Part shown: piece by piece, positions 1-12,436 of the stretch
Layout of the letters: every line of letters begins with the position of its first letter
Numbering within the stretch: position 1 is the stretch's first letter
Source: Nemertoderma westbladi
Lineage: Eukaryota > Animalia > Xenacoelomorpha
Assembly (NCBI GenBank): GCA_032718475.1
Contig: JAUCBJ010002007.1
Location: 58,835 to 122,834 of the forward strand
Length of the DNA: 64,000 nucleotides
Direction: 5' to 3'
Notes under the pieces: model-generated
Databases searched by the model: none
Told to the model about the DNA's origin: nothing
The model's input: only the letters and a program-made list of their open reading frames with translations
Position numbers and translations under genes: made by a program

Positions 1-537
1 AGTGTTAATTTATAGGCCTATCAGACCAGAATATCTCTACATACACTAAATAAATAAAATAACACCCTTTAGTTACATGTTCTTTTTTAATATCTACCAA
101 TACATCGCAATTTCAATTTTAATTATTTTTTAAGTCATTAGATATGGTGAAAGCAAACAACAATAGTTTCCATTGCAGGCATGGCCCCTCCCTTCTTTTT
201 TCACTCATTCTCTTTCACCCTCATCATACCCACCCACCTATTAGTCTGTGTGTGGTGATGTACATCTCACCAAAAAATTTTCTTGTGATTCAAATTTAAG
301 CTATGTGTATTATATTTGGTTTGATGGAGGATATTAATAAATAAATTCAATTCAGGACGGAAGTCGATGTTTGCATTTTGGAAAGAGTTGAATAGCGATT
401 GTGTTAATTGATTTACTGACAAGGTCAACATCAATATTATTATTATTATTATAGTTTATTGACAAAAAAGATTCTAAAAGTGTAACTGCTCACGTCAAAT
501 CCAATTGTCACATTATACAGTAATACGTCATAAACAT

Positions 538-642
538 TGTATAACATTAAATAAATATGATAAAAATAATTAAACATTAATGGTCTAAATGTATAACATT
601 AAATAAATATGATATAAATAATTAAACATTAAAGGTCTAAAT
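538..642. repeat. 52-bp tandem duplication (2 copies)
   Basis: TGTATAACATTAAATAAATATGATA...GGTCTAAAT starts at 538 and again at 590. Confidence 0.85.
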
Positions 643-1195
643 CTGTTATATACATACATATATAGTGCATTCTAAATGAATATATAATCTGAATTTGTCA
701 TAGTGTTAGGCGTAAACATTTTAATATTATCAATAAGTCACTGGTCTATTCCAGGACTTTTAATGCTGAGTTTATGAAAGACATATATAGATTGTTGGAG
801 CAGTCAACTGGAGTAACATGCATACCTGAGCTAGAAGTGTGCAGTCCCTAATAATGTGGGATTCCAACATTAGTTGTCCTGCAACAAGTAATATGGGGAG
901 AGACGAGTGGGACTGAGCCTCACAAAGTGTCGGAGGAACTGTGACCGTAAGGAATTCACCCGGAAGGATGAGTGAGGACTGGATCGGCGCATGGAGGATC
1001 TTGGTGGAAGCATGCCGAACAGTTGAGTATTTGGTCCAGTGATTAACAAATAGACAAACCACCTGGGAAAAAATTAGTGACTGGGTGGGTCGAATAGTTA
1101 CATTGTTAGATGCAAGAAACGACATACCATGGAGTAGAGGTGTATTACAAATATATACCATGCCTAATATCCCTAAAATTATAACAGGAATTGGC

Positions 1196-1410
1196 ATTTC
1201 TCTCAACTTAACCAAGAACCTTTTATATTTAAATGCGAGCTCTGTTTCTTTGCGACATTGATCAGAATTTCTCTCAACTTAACCAAGAACCTTTTATATT
1301 TAAATGCGAGCTCTGTTTCTTTGCGACATTGATCAGAATTTCTCTCAACTTAACCAAGAACCTTTTATATTTAAATGCAAGCTCTGTTTCTTTGCGACAT
1401 TGATCAGAAT
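1196..1410. repeat. 71-bp tandem repeat, 3 near-identical copies
   Basis: TCTCAACTTAACCAAGAACC... recurs at 1201, 1272 and 1343. Confidence 0.95.
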
Positions 1411-1760
1411 CTAAGTTGGGTGGGCAAGGAGCAATTTTTAATCTGTTCAGCTGTAACATCAAAAATCCCAAATAGAATTAACCACTTTTCAAAATGGTCC
1501 ATTTCCTCCAAAAATGTACTAATAATGACATGGCAGGCTAATATTGTAACAAATGAAACTTTATCATCAAATGAAATACAGGATTTGGGAAGCCCCATAT
1601 CAAATATCCTCCTCAGGAATATCGCTGATTGAAGTATTAGCTGACAATGCTAACATAAAGTGAAAGGGTTAATGAGTATGGGCCACCAAACCCATTGATA
1701 ATACTCAAGGCGACAATTTTGCTGATTAATTCAAACCATTTAGGTAGTTATAGATTGTGT
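1404..1760 (-). pseudogene. Possible degraded post-RT segment of a non-LTR retrotransposon
   Basis: Minus-strand peptide QSAIFLRRIFDMGLPKSC resembles the F-L-K/R-x-x-L-G-L-P motif also seen in the LINE fragment at 54141-54524; heavily disrupted. Confidence 0.3.
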
Positions 1761-2920
1761 CGAAATTATAAACCACCAGTGTCAACAGATTCCTCACCAA
1801 TGAACCAAACTGCTCTGCTATATATATAGCAGTTGTATATCTTCATCCTCTAAACATTCAAACACATGTTCCACAAGCGTATGATGTAGAAGTTCTAATG
1901 ACAATCAATGGTGGAACAACTGCAAATTCCTTAAAAATTATATTTTTCTGGCCCTGGCCCACAGGGGGTTTGCACATACTGCGCTCATGGGGAGCACCAC
2001 CATGCGCGACAGGGGGAACACCCAGGGGCGGGCGACAAGAAGCTCCGTTAGTGCTAACGGCGCCGTTAACTAACATTATGAGCGACACGAAACCTCCGTT
2101 AAATTAACGGCAACTTTAACTAACGGAAGCCAGCGTCTCGAAGCTCCGTTACACTAACGGAGGACTCTCCGTTAAGGTATTTTACACCATGCGCCAGAAA
2201 GCACCTTTAAGGTTCCGTTAAGAAATGTTTTGTATTCTACTCTACATAACTACAGTAAATGCATTCTGGAAAACAATTTTTTATAGCTTTCATAGTACAG
2301 TATATAGAACTTAAATTCACGTACAGTGTCATTCGTCTGCTCATTATCAAGTTATATTTGGGTACTAAAACTAGGTAAAAAATTTTTTTATTTTTTAAAT
2401 AGCTAGTTTTTGTTTCCTTTTCTTTTAAAAATGTTCTAGAACATATTGTCAATTTATTTTTTTATTAATTTTGTTCTAGAACAAATAATTGTTGTTCTAG
2501 AACAAAATTAATTAATTAGGATTTTTTGTTGTTATCAAAGCTAGTTTTGCTTACTTTTTTCCAATGTTCTAGAACATATCGCCTATTCATTTTTGTAAAA
2601 AGTAATGATCTAGAACAAATATTTTTTGTACCAGAACATTTTAAAAAATTTGTTTTTTTGTGTTTTTTTATTTGATTAGTAAGTGTTAATAACAATTACT
2701 AACAAACTAACTACAAATTTTCATTGTAGCTAGTGATTTTTATAAATATGTGATACAAAGATAACATAGAATATAAAATTCACAGAATTAACAAATTAGT
2801 TAGTTTTTTTTCTAGAACATTTTTTAAAAAAGTAACAAAAACTAGCTATTTAGACAATTTGAGGGGGTGTGCCCAAAACACAGTAGTACCGTTATACAGT
2901 ATTTGTCGGTAGCTCTAATA

Positions 2921-3903
2921 ATGTGGCGCGTTGCAGCCGATGTGGATTTAGATGTACAATCGCGACTTTTCCGTCATCGGTTAGATCCTTTTAGCGATCT
3001 TCGAGATATCGAATTTTACGAACGATACAGGTTCAAAAAAGAAGTTGCGGCAGATTTGTGCGACAGATTCCAGTCGACACTTGAAAGGACGACACAGAGG
3101 TCGGTGCTTTTGCAGCCGCAAATCAAGTTTTTATTAAATCTTAATATTAAAATTTTATAAAATATTTAATAAAATTTTGAAATGTGGGGGAAAGCTGCAA
3201 AACTACTGTAAATTTATAAAGGTCAGAGAGTATGTCTGTAGAAACGCAAATATGCACTGCTCTCCGATATTATGCACATGGTGGTTTCCTTCCTGTTATT
3301 GGTGATATACATGGCATTTCTGATCGCAGTGCCAGTCGTGCAATTCACGCTGTATCATCGGCTATATATGATAGGTACTCCGATTTCATAAAGTGGCCTA
3401 CTTCTGTCGAAATGTCACACAATATGGAACAATATTTCGCATACTCATGTTTCCCCAAGATTGTAGGCGTAGTCGATGGCTGTCATGTCCGTATAGCAAG
3501 TCCTGCGTCTCCATACATTGAATCGGCATTCATAAATCGCAAGCAATTTCATTCAATTAACTGCCACTTTGTCTGCAACCTTAGCTTAGAGCTATTCGAT
3601 GTAAGCACGAAATGGCCTGGATCTACACAAGATGCCTTCATGCTACGTCAATCGCAGAGCTGGGATCGACAGCTCGATTTTGGGGGTGGTTGGTTGTTAG
3701 GTGACTCAGCCTATCCCCTTTCAAGTTGGCTTCTTACACCTTTCGACTATCCGAATGGCAGACCCGAAGAACGTTACAATTTGGCCCATAAACGGGCCAG
3801 GTCGTCTATCGAAAGGTGTAATGGTGCACTGAAAATCAACTTTGCACCGGAGAGGGCATCAAAGATAATAATGGCTTGCGCTTGTCTCCATAATTGGGCT
3901 TGA
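2921..3903 (+). pseudogene. Harbinger DDE transposase (HARBI1/DDE_Tnp_4-like), two exons, probably defective
   Basis: Motifs FYERYRF, ALRYYAHG, GVVDGCHVRI, NRKQFHSIN, WPGSTQDA, LLGDSAYPL, YNLAHKRARSSIER, CACLHN. A GT-AG intron at 3100-3221 joins TTQR|SESMSVETQ in frame. The segment after IERCNGALK looks shortened and the stop follows LHNWA early. Confidence 0.88.
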
Positions 3904-4285
3904 AAGCAATGATCAGATTTATCAACATGGTCCAGTTTTGGGTCAAGGTGTTCAAACTCGAAATAATTTAGTTGCCAATGTATTTGCATATTAATAATTC
4001 GCATATATATTTAATACTACATGAGTACCATTTATTATATGTAAATAATATGTATGATTATTTAAAGGTTCGAGGTGCCTACAGTAAGTTTATATACTGA
4101 ATATACAGTATATATTGTTTTATTTACTATTAATTAAATGTTTAAATTACATGTTGTTTTGAAAAATTAATAGAGTTAGTGCGGTATGCTTTAAAGAGAT
4201 TGAATTTTATATTCAGATGAATAGTCGACATCTACATTGTCATGTTGATATTGAATCGGCTGTTGTGGGTTGATAATGATGTCGA

Positions 4286-4375
4286 TGGGGTGGCTGAACT
4301 TGAGGCTGGTATGTTTGATGAAGTTGTGGTTGGAGTGGCTGAAGTTGAGGCTGGTATGTTTGATGAAGTTGTTGT
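4286..4375. repeat. 39-bp tandem repeat, possibly the Ser/Thr-rich C-terminal exon of the Myb gene on the minus strand
   Basis: GAGGCTGGTATGTTTGATGAAGTTGT repeats with a 39-bp period; minus strand reads TTTSSNIPAS repeats. Confidence 0.6.
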
Positions 4376-5299
4376 TGCGGTGGTTGAACTTCTGCCTGGG
4401 ATGTTTGACAAAATTGTTGAAAATATTCTACTGCAGAATTTCTAAACTTTTCACAGAATACATGTGTACCAAGTTTGGTTATACATTATTTCATCAATGA
4501 TTGGCGGACTTATTTCGGTTTTTATCAAAACTTTGAAACTATCGGTACCAACAGACAGAATGTCTGATATGTGACATTTGATTCCTTAAAGTTCAGATTA
4601 TTTCCAAACTTTTGACAGACTTCATATGTACGTACCAAGTTTGGTTTAATTTCATCTATAAATGACCGAGTTATACAGTATTAGCGATCAAAAATTAGAC
4701 AGATGACAGACAACTCCTCAACGGCACCCATATGCTAAGACTTCGGGTCAATTTGTGGGTCGCCCCACATTTTGCATCCATATCTTGGTTGGAAATACTT
4801 AGTTGCACTTTATTATCACTAATTATCCAGAAATTACTGTTAGGTTAAGTGTAAGATACCATTTTGACCATAACATTCGTACAGGTCCCGTACTTTACTT
4901 AGCAATGTCCCATACTTTACCACACAAACCACACTGTAAAAAATTAGCAATGTAGCAATTCGTCTGATATTTATATTTTTGTTTAAGCTTAATAATACAG
5001 CTTTATCCTAAACATCAACTCAACACGGTACCTGCGCACAATTCGCTAAATTTTAGAATTGAAATCATAAAATAAAAAAAACCATTTCGTACGAATCCGT
5101 ACTTTACCTTAATTGGACAAGCTGGTGTTTTCTCAAAAGTGACTAAGTCCCGCCATAAGCTTCGCGATATCAAAGCTGATATTCGAAAGTTTAATCCAAG
5201 CACAATTTTGTGCACATATGTGATGTGGATATCATTGTACAGGCAATCAAAGTTCAAAATTGTGTACGAATGTCCCGTACTTTACTTTGGAATGAGCCA

Positions 5300-5677
5300 T
5301 CACCGTTTCAGGCGGCAATTGTCGATACACTATCAACTCGATGTCACTAAGGATACCTTCAAGGGTCCCTATTTCTTCCTCCCCTCCCCCTGTTCTCCTT
5401 ATCACCTTCTTTCACCCCTAATGAAATCTGTGGCCTTCTTCTTCACCACCATCTTTAAATTGGACCATTTGTCTTTAACATTTTCTAATGTACGGTTTTT
5501 TCCACCTACGGCATTTACTTTTTCTAATATAATATCGTATGCTCTAGCTTTTTTTTTCTGAGTAACATCGCTTGAGTGCTTGCTCGTTATAATCTCATTA
5601 TTACTTGCAAAACCCGTAAATAATGCTGTCATTTCCTGTTGCGAGAATGCTTCCTTTCTCGTTCGTTTTGCCATCAT
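5300..5677 (-). pseudogene. Harbinger ORF2, Myb/SANT-like (trihelix) DNA-binding protein, frameshifted
   Basis: RKEAFSQQEM...KKARAYDII...RTLENVKDKWSNLK; the characteristic RTGGG motif follows in a shifted frame near 5380-5395. Confidence 0.85.
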
Positions 5678-5836
5678 AAAATTGTGTGCGCTATTGGCTA
5701 AAGCTGGAAATGTACTTGACTGGTAGTATTACTGCTATATGGTGTACCAAAAGTCTGGGATGTTTCAGTTTAAAACGGCACTCCAACCCAAAGGCGTTCT
5801 AAACTATAAGCCATGTAGCCGGAACTTTCTAACTAA

Positions 5837-5963
5837 GGCCCCCCTCACTCGGAGCAACTGGTTTCTGAAACTTGTTGCTGCAACTTGTTTCCGAAACTTG
5901 TTTCTATTTGTGATGAGTCCAGCAACAAGTTTCAAGAAACAAGTTGCTCCATGTGAGGGGGCG
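5837..5963. mobile_element. ~127-bp palindromic MITE (Harbinger/Tourist-like) inside the Harbinger
   Basis: Inverted arms GCCCCCTCAC..GGAGCAACT.GTTTC..GAAACTTGTTGCTG / CAGCAACAAGTTTC..GAAACAAGTTGCTCC..GTGAGGGGGC; flanked by TAA and TTA. Confidence 0.75.
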
Positions 5964-8055
5964 TTACTTGAGGGTTTAGATTACATAGTATAAACACTGT
6001 GGCAATTTCATGTAAATATTAAATATTTCGTAAAAATGTGAATAAATTTTTAATTAGTATTATTGTTCCTCCAAAGCATGCTAACAATAATTTTATTCAT
6101 GTGTATGTGTATATTTTTGAATGTTAGCTAGTGTTTAAAATTGGCGTTTCAACGGCACTAGTTCGTCATTTCGACAACCCCATCTAATTGGTAAAGCTCC
6201 CTTGATTTATATATATTATGTTCCAGAACATAGTCTACATACATCCAACATAATATTTTTTGTGGTAGCTACTAATTTTCAAAATACTAGCTATTAAAAA
6301 ATATTATTTTATTATTTAATTTATTTAAATTTTTTGGTTTCTAGAATGTTTTTGCAATTTAAATTTAGCTAAATTCATTTTCAATACAACCAAAAATACT
6401 ACCAATAATAACAAACACTAGCTACAGTATATAGGGGCCTACTATATAAAACAAGCTATGTAATATAATAAAAACAACTAAATATAATATGAAATATCTG
6501 ACGTTATTTTTTTGCTTGACTACTTTGCCTTTGCTTGCATGAACCCCATTTTTGACTGATGGTACGAATTTTTCAAAATATTTGATTTGATTTACATGAA
6601 AATTCCACTGTTTTTACTATGTAATCTAAACACTCAAATTAGCTAGTAAATTCCTGCTGCATGGCTTAATATTTTAGGACTCCTTTCGCCAACCATCAAC
6701 AATACCTGAATCTAGTTGCTAAGCAGCCACAACAACACTTACGTGTACGCCATCTTATGTCCATTTCAGTAACATCATTTTTAGCATTAACGGAGCATTA
6801 ACGGAAAGCTCACTAACGGAGGCCTAAATACTCGTTCGTGTCCCCATTATGAGTTCTCCGTTAAGTGCACTTCCGTTAAGCCTCCGTTAACTTTAAAATT
6901 AACGGAGCTTCGTGTCGCCCGCCCCTGAGCTCCACAAGGGGCGGAAGGGGGAACACCAAACCCCCTCACTAGCGGAGCATGGACAACAGGGGCTATAACT
7001 TCCAACTGAAGACACTGACATTCAATTGGGACATTGTTGTTAATGGGTGTCACCGATGAGAAATGCAGAGTGGGCAATGATGGAAGTTCCCTTCCGGCGC
7101 TCTGCCTGGCCTTCACCTAACCAATGATGTACCTGTAGCAGTATGCAGCACTAGTGCGAACAGTTTACCAGAAACAACACACCTGTAAGTTAAATAATAT
7201 TCATTAATACCATTAATTTTTAATTATTATACTATTAATATATAACTATTAATAATATTTTTATTATGATCCATTTCTTTCATAATCCAACTTTATTATG
7301 AATGTTTTTATACAATCGCTTTTAAATTTTAACATCAGACATAGTTCTTTATTACTCAAGCGAACGGACGTAGTTTTATTACAAACTTGTAACAATGAGT
7401 TAATAACTAGTTAATGCTCTACTCTAGATTTTATAATTTGTTACATAACAATGTGCTCTTATACTGAAGGCATAAACTAAAATATCAGTAGTAGTAAAAG
7501 TATTAGTAGTAAAATAACCGAGTGTGTGTAACCATGGTATCAAAATAGCATGAAAATTGTTTGAAGCGAGGGAATTTTGTGACGTCACAGATTGTTATCA
7601 TAAAGTAGATCAGTACTTTATAAACGCCCTTATAATCGCGAAATATAAATAACTAATGGAAGTTTTGAATAAACTTCCTTGAATAAAAATAAGTTACGTT
7701 TGTCTTTAACTACAAACTGAGCGTATATCAGTCAAACAAAAATATATCGAACACAAAAGCAGGGGGGGGGGGCTATTAAGCAACCAAAATTCAATAAATA
7801 ATTTAAATTAATACATAAATAAGGATAAGTATTAAGTTTCACAACTTACCTACAGAACACCAGTAAGTTAATTCCTTCTTACCCCTTTTTAGCTCCTTTC
7901 CCGTAGGAAACCTGGAGGGTGGACTTTGCCAGCTTGGTGATGTGGAATATCTGTGATTGCAGTCGCGTGTTCCATACTTACACCCCTCTACCCTGTAACG
8001 AAACGAGTACCTGTCTCCTAAAAGAACAGTCAAGTGGTTCTCGAGATCTGTTCCC

Positions 8056-8155
8056 TCCCGGATGGCTAAGGAAAAGGAAGACTGGGTAGTCATTACAGGT
8101 ATTCTTCCCGGATGGCTAAGGAAAAGGAAGACTGGGTAGTCATTACAGGTATTCT
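8056..8155. repeat. 50-bp perfect tandem duplication
   Basis: TCCCGGATGGCTAAGGAAAAGG...ACAGGTATTCT at 8056 and 8106. Confidence 0.9.
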
Positions 8156-8299
8156 ATGGTATACGGTACGTTAATCTGAAACATAAACATTTATTATGCG
8201 AAATTAATTATAATTAATTCATTAATATAACATCTAAAGATTGATTATGATTAAATAATTGATATTAAATAATTAATTATTTTATTGTATATCCATGTT

Positions 8300-8550
8300 G
8301 CTTCATTCAGTCATTCAAGTGAAGTAAAACAAGTAGAAAGTTCAATTTTATTCAGCTGTTAGACCAGCGATTTCCGTACTCATTTAGCTACCATTTAAGG
8401 AAGCAAGGTAGAGATGCGCCGTGGCAGCCCCTTTAATGCATTCGTGCCAAAACGAAAACTGCCCTGCCCCCATGTGGGGATTGAACCCACGACCTCTGGA
8501 GAGATGTGAATTCTGGAATTTAATGCTAGGGATTTAACCACTATGCCAAG
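8300..8550 (-). mobile_element. tRNA-derived SINE
   Basis: Minus strand has A box TGGCATAGTGG (8548-8538) and B box GGTTCAATCCC (8487-8477), followed by a non-tRNA body containing AAATGAGTAC; no clean cloverleaf. Confidence 0.65.
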
Positions 8551-9729
8551 GTGGAACTTAATATCATTGAAAAGCTCACATTATTATTTACACACATCTA
8601 ATTTTAGTTCATGTGCGCGATAGATATTAAATTAAATACAAAATATAAATAAACAAAATAATTTACGGCTACAGGTTATGTCATTATTTAGAATTAGTAA
8701 TGTGTTGAATATTCAAACTTCTGAACTAACCTTTAATATTTTCTTGCTTCAACTACTTTTTCTCCGGTAACACTCTGAATCTGTAGTTCTATATAGTATT
8801 AATAATAAAATATAACATATCATGTAATGATACAATGGGTGTAAAATTGAAACACAAATTGATATCGGCACTGCGGTACTCGTATAGTCTAAATTAATTA
8901 TATATTTTGTAAAACTAAAATAACATTCAATCGTATCAAATAATATAAAATCAAATTATATAGTCAGACAGTCTACCTACTTGTTTTATTTTATTAAAAA
9001 AACATTATTTTACAACGATGGATCGTGTTCGCGGCGAAACCTCTGAATCGCAGAATCTGAGAGTTGTGTCAGTCTATCATCTGCGTTCTGTAGAACCATT
9101 GCCTACGCCGCTAGACAACGTTTTATTTGGTTGATCACTATTTCCATGGTACAGAATAAGTACAAAAGGGATAATTGTCTTGTTGCTATACAGCTATAAT
9201 ATATTGACATTGGTAATTGTTAAGTTGTATTGGATCAAACTGAGTAAAAAAGATCTATCTAATAATTCTGTAGCCTAATGCTATGTATCTATCTAAGAAG
9301 GTTGCAGATGTGGAGGAAATTGTGCGGAATTCTGAAGTAAGGTCTGAATGTTCTGAAAAGGGCTGAATAGTAGAAAAGGCAATAACCAAATTTGTGGGAA
9401 AGTTAATACAGAAGCAGAAAACAGAATGAATCGGAAAGTCTGATAGTTGAGCTTTATATATGGTCTGAATCTGAATTCTGATTGGTTACTCTATTCTGAG
9501 ACATACTGTACAGTATGTCGAATAAATATATTTATTGAAAATGGCATTTCGCCGATGACAGTCCCCCCTCAAATTTATGGCGAACATTTTCGCAATAAAT
9601 TGGATTGAACTACGTGGCGAAATGTTACGACATGTTTATTTTATTTAATTTTAATTCTGTAGGGATATATTATAATTTTTATTTAATTAGGGTGTGTATT
9701 ATTACAAATTCAATCATATTTAATTGAGT

Positions 9730-9862
9730 GGACGTACAAAGGGCACATATAGGACGTAGAAAGGGCACATATAGGACGTACAATTAAAAGTATGGATTAA
9801 AACCATACGAAAGGGCACATATAGGACGTACAATTAAAAGTATGGAATAAAACCATACGAAA
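9730..9862. repeat. Short tandem repeats (21-bp and 49-bp units)
   Basis: AAAGGGCACATATAGGACGTA occurs three times; CAATTAAAAGTATGGA..AAAACCATACGAAAGG occurs twice. Confidence 0.8.
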
Positions 9863-10254
9863 GGAGAAAGAGGAGAACCATTATTTTTATATTATTTTTA
9901 ATTTATTTTAGTAATGTGAATTTACTCACACATATAAATTATATATGGAATATAATTTGAATTTTATATTTTAGATATATATTCGATTTTATTTAAATAT
10001 TTTAGAGGTACCAATCAGTAATATAAAATAAGACCAATATGAATTTTTTTTGAAAGGGTTGAAATCAAAACAAATCAAAAAGAAAAATAATTGTTGAAAA
10101 AGAAAAATAATTGTTGAAAAAAAATTTTGATATGCAGCCTAAGTAGACTCGCGTAGGTATTATATACCGTCACCAAAATTGCACCGCATAAGTTCATGAG
10201 CTATATAAAATAATATTATAGATGGACGGACGGGGGATATACTGTATATATCAT

Positions 10255-10400
10255 GGTTGAGAGAGTCTGATCTGATGGTGTGTAATTGGCTGAGAGAGTC
10301 TGAAGGCGTCAGTATGATTGAGAGAGTCTGATCTGATGGTGTGAGATTGGCTGAGAGAGTGTGATGGCGTCAGAGTGGCTGAGAGTCTGAAGGCGTTGCA
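10255..10400. repeat. Degenerate minisatellite built on GAGAGTCTGA
   Basis: Five GAGAGT(C/G)TGA units with ~30-bp spacing and a ~61-bp dimer period. Confidence 0.7.
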
Positions 10401-10773
10401 ATTATTGGTCATATCGTAGTAGGTTGGCTGGTTGTTCTTGAGCATATCGTGATCGATCTGGAAGCTTAATGTACTCTGAAAGCAAAAAATACATAGATAT
10501 GTATATGTAATGTAAATGGTAGTATTCTGAAGGTGTCAGTTGTAGCTGTAAGAGCCGACTTAACCCTATTAAACCCGGGGGGGGGGGGGGTCAATATGAC
10601 CCCCCGTGGTTTTTTTATTATAATTCTGAAACAAACGCAGTTGGTTCTATTGTCTTCCTAGTAGTGAAAACCGTTTTCAAAAATATTCGGTAGTTTTCGA
10701 GTTATAGCACCATTTTTTAACCCTACTTTTGGCACTTTCTTTGAGACCTTTTTTGAGAATTACATTTCATTAA

Positions 10774-12436
10774 GGGGGGCACTCTGTAATTAAATTTTTT
10801 TTTTGAAGAATTTTGGTCATTTTTTTTATTTTTTGTTCTAAGCCGATTTTTAATGGAGATTCCAAATATGCAAACGGTTTGACAGAGCGACTTTTAGTTT
10901 TCGAGATATATGGACTTTCGTACACCTTAATCTGGCACAAAAATATCCAAATTTTTCGTATTTTCACTCATAAGAAGTTTATTTTCGGTTTTCTGGTGTA
11001 TCCAGTGTAATGTTGCTTAGCAACTGTATCTAAGCATCAGTGGCGGTAAATTTAAACGAGTATCTGTGAACATTAGTCCCTTTCCCTTGTACTGTCTGAC
11101 TGTGAATTCGGCTCTAACGCAAATCTGTCCCTACCCACACTGCCGTACCGGTAGTGTGGGTTAATTTTTTTGGTTAGGGTCAACATAGTCAGAACCCCAA
11201 CCTAACTGTAATCTAACCCTAACCCCAATATTAACCGTTTGCTCCCTAATCCTAGCTGGAACCGTCTGCCTAACCCTAGCTCATGGTAGCTAGAACAGTC
11301 ACAGCTGTTAGGTTAGCCTAGGATTCTGAAATTCTGATTACACGAATTACAAGATTGCAGTAGTATATGCCCAGAACGTAAATGTCAAAATCACAGGGAC
11401 GGATTTGCATTATTACCGCGGATACTGTACTGCAATAAACTGCAATGTACCCGCAACACTAACCGTGGTACATGTTCCACCGATCAGCATTATACTGCGT
11501 ATACTTGGTCAAGATGGGCCCCAGGGTCTTTCGATCGAGCAGTGAAGTTCAACTTGAGTTGTCAGAGTAAGAGCGCTCTAACGGGATCACTGCCTAAACC
11601 GAAGAAGCAGAAGATGGATATTTCGAACTTTTCGGCTGGTACACAGTCTAAGCACAGTTTGCTCCAGTTTTGATCGTTCCCTATTATATTTTATATTGTC
11701 ATACTCACTATATTTTATTAATTAATTAATATACATCGTATTGGCGATCTTTACTTAAAACCGAAAATTCCGCATGTAGCACATGGAGCACTACATGTTA
11801 AAAAAAATAAATTCGTAAATTGAGTTATTTTAACTGAAAATATTGCAAAACTAAGATATTTTTATCAAACTAATCTGCTTTCGAACTTTAAATTGGATTT
11901 ATTCCTATTTCATTTTTTTGCACTTTTTTATATTTTAAAATGCTACTACTTGTAGGGAATTGGTCAAAACTGGCTGATTTTTGGCATGCGTGGTCTTGAT
12001 GAAGTGTTTTAACTATGCAATTGACAAAATTTTGAAATTTTGATTTTAACCAAAGTTATAGTCAAAATTCGAAATTTTTTGTGACTTTTTCGAGTTTTTT
12101 AGTTATTTTTGGTGAAAAATTTCGAAAAAATGGAATAATTTTAAAAGTAAGACAGATGTTTAAATTCTGTCAATTGCATCGTTTTATAACATTGTTCCGG
12201 ACATTCGAACCAAATTTTGAACAATTTGAATCAAAATTGCGGTTCTAGAAGCCTTTTTTTAAAAATTTGAATAAATTATGTTAATTAGCAAAATTAAAAT
12301 TAAAAAAAAAATTTTTTGCGATTTTCAGTTTTTTGGATCTATATTACATAGGTTTGCCAAATATTACTATTTTTGAACATAGTCCCGCGCCAAAATTAAG
12401 AAAATAAAAACGTCATTCAATTACAGAGTGCCCCCC
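10774..12436. mobile_element. Non-autonomous Kolobok-like element
   Basis: TTAA|GGGGGGCACTCTGTAATT ... AATTACAGAGTGCCCCCC|TTAA: perfect 18-bp TIR, purine-purine 5' end and TTAA TSD. Confidence 0.82.
11109..11418. mobile_element. MITE with internal CTAACC/CCCTAA-like repeats
   Basis: Imperfect TIR CGGCTCTAACGCAAATCTGTCCCT / AGGGACGGATTTGCATTATTACCG; no clear TSD. Confidence 0.55.

Larger units (their letters stand above)
2026..6924 (+). mobile_element. PIF/Harbinger DNA transposon (two-gene, defective), ~4.9 kb
   Basis: TIR GGGCGGGCGACA(A/C)GAAGCTCCGTTA at both ends (1 mismatch); flanking CAG/CTG triplets; clustered CTCCGTTA/TAACGGAG subterminal motifs; convergent DDE and Myb/SANT genes inside. 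Confidence 0.92.

Noticed and set aside
3232-3903. Domesticated host gene HARBI1
   Set aside because: It lies within TIRs beside a Myb ORF2 and is truncated, so it is a transposon copy.
8460-8550. tRNA gene
   Set aside because: A and B boxes are present, but there is no convincing acceptor or anticodon stem and a SINE-like body follows.
11200-11290. Telomere-like CCCTAA repeats (also TTAGGG at 39781-39793)
   Set aside because: Only a few degenerate units inside MITE-like elements; not a telomeric tract.
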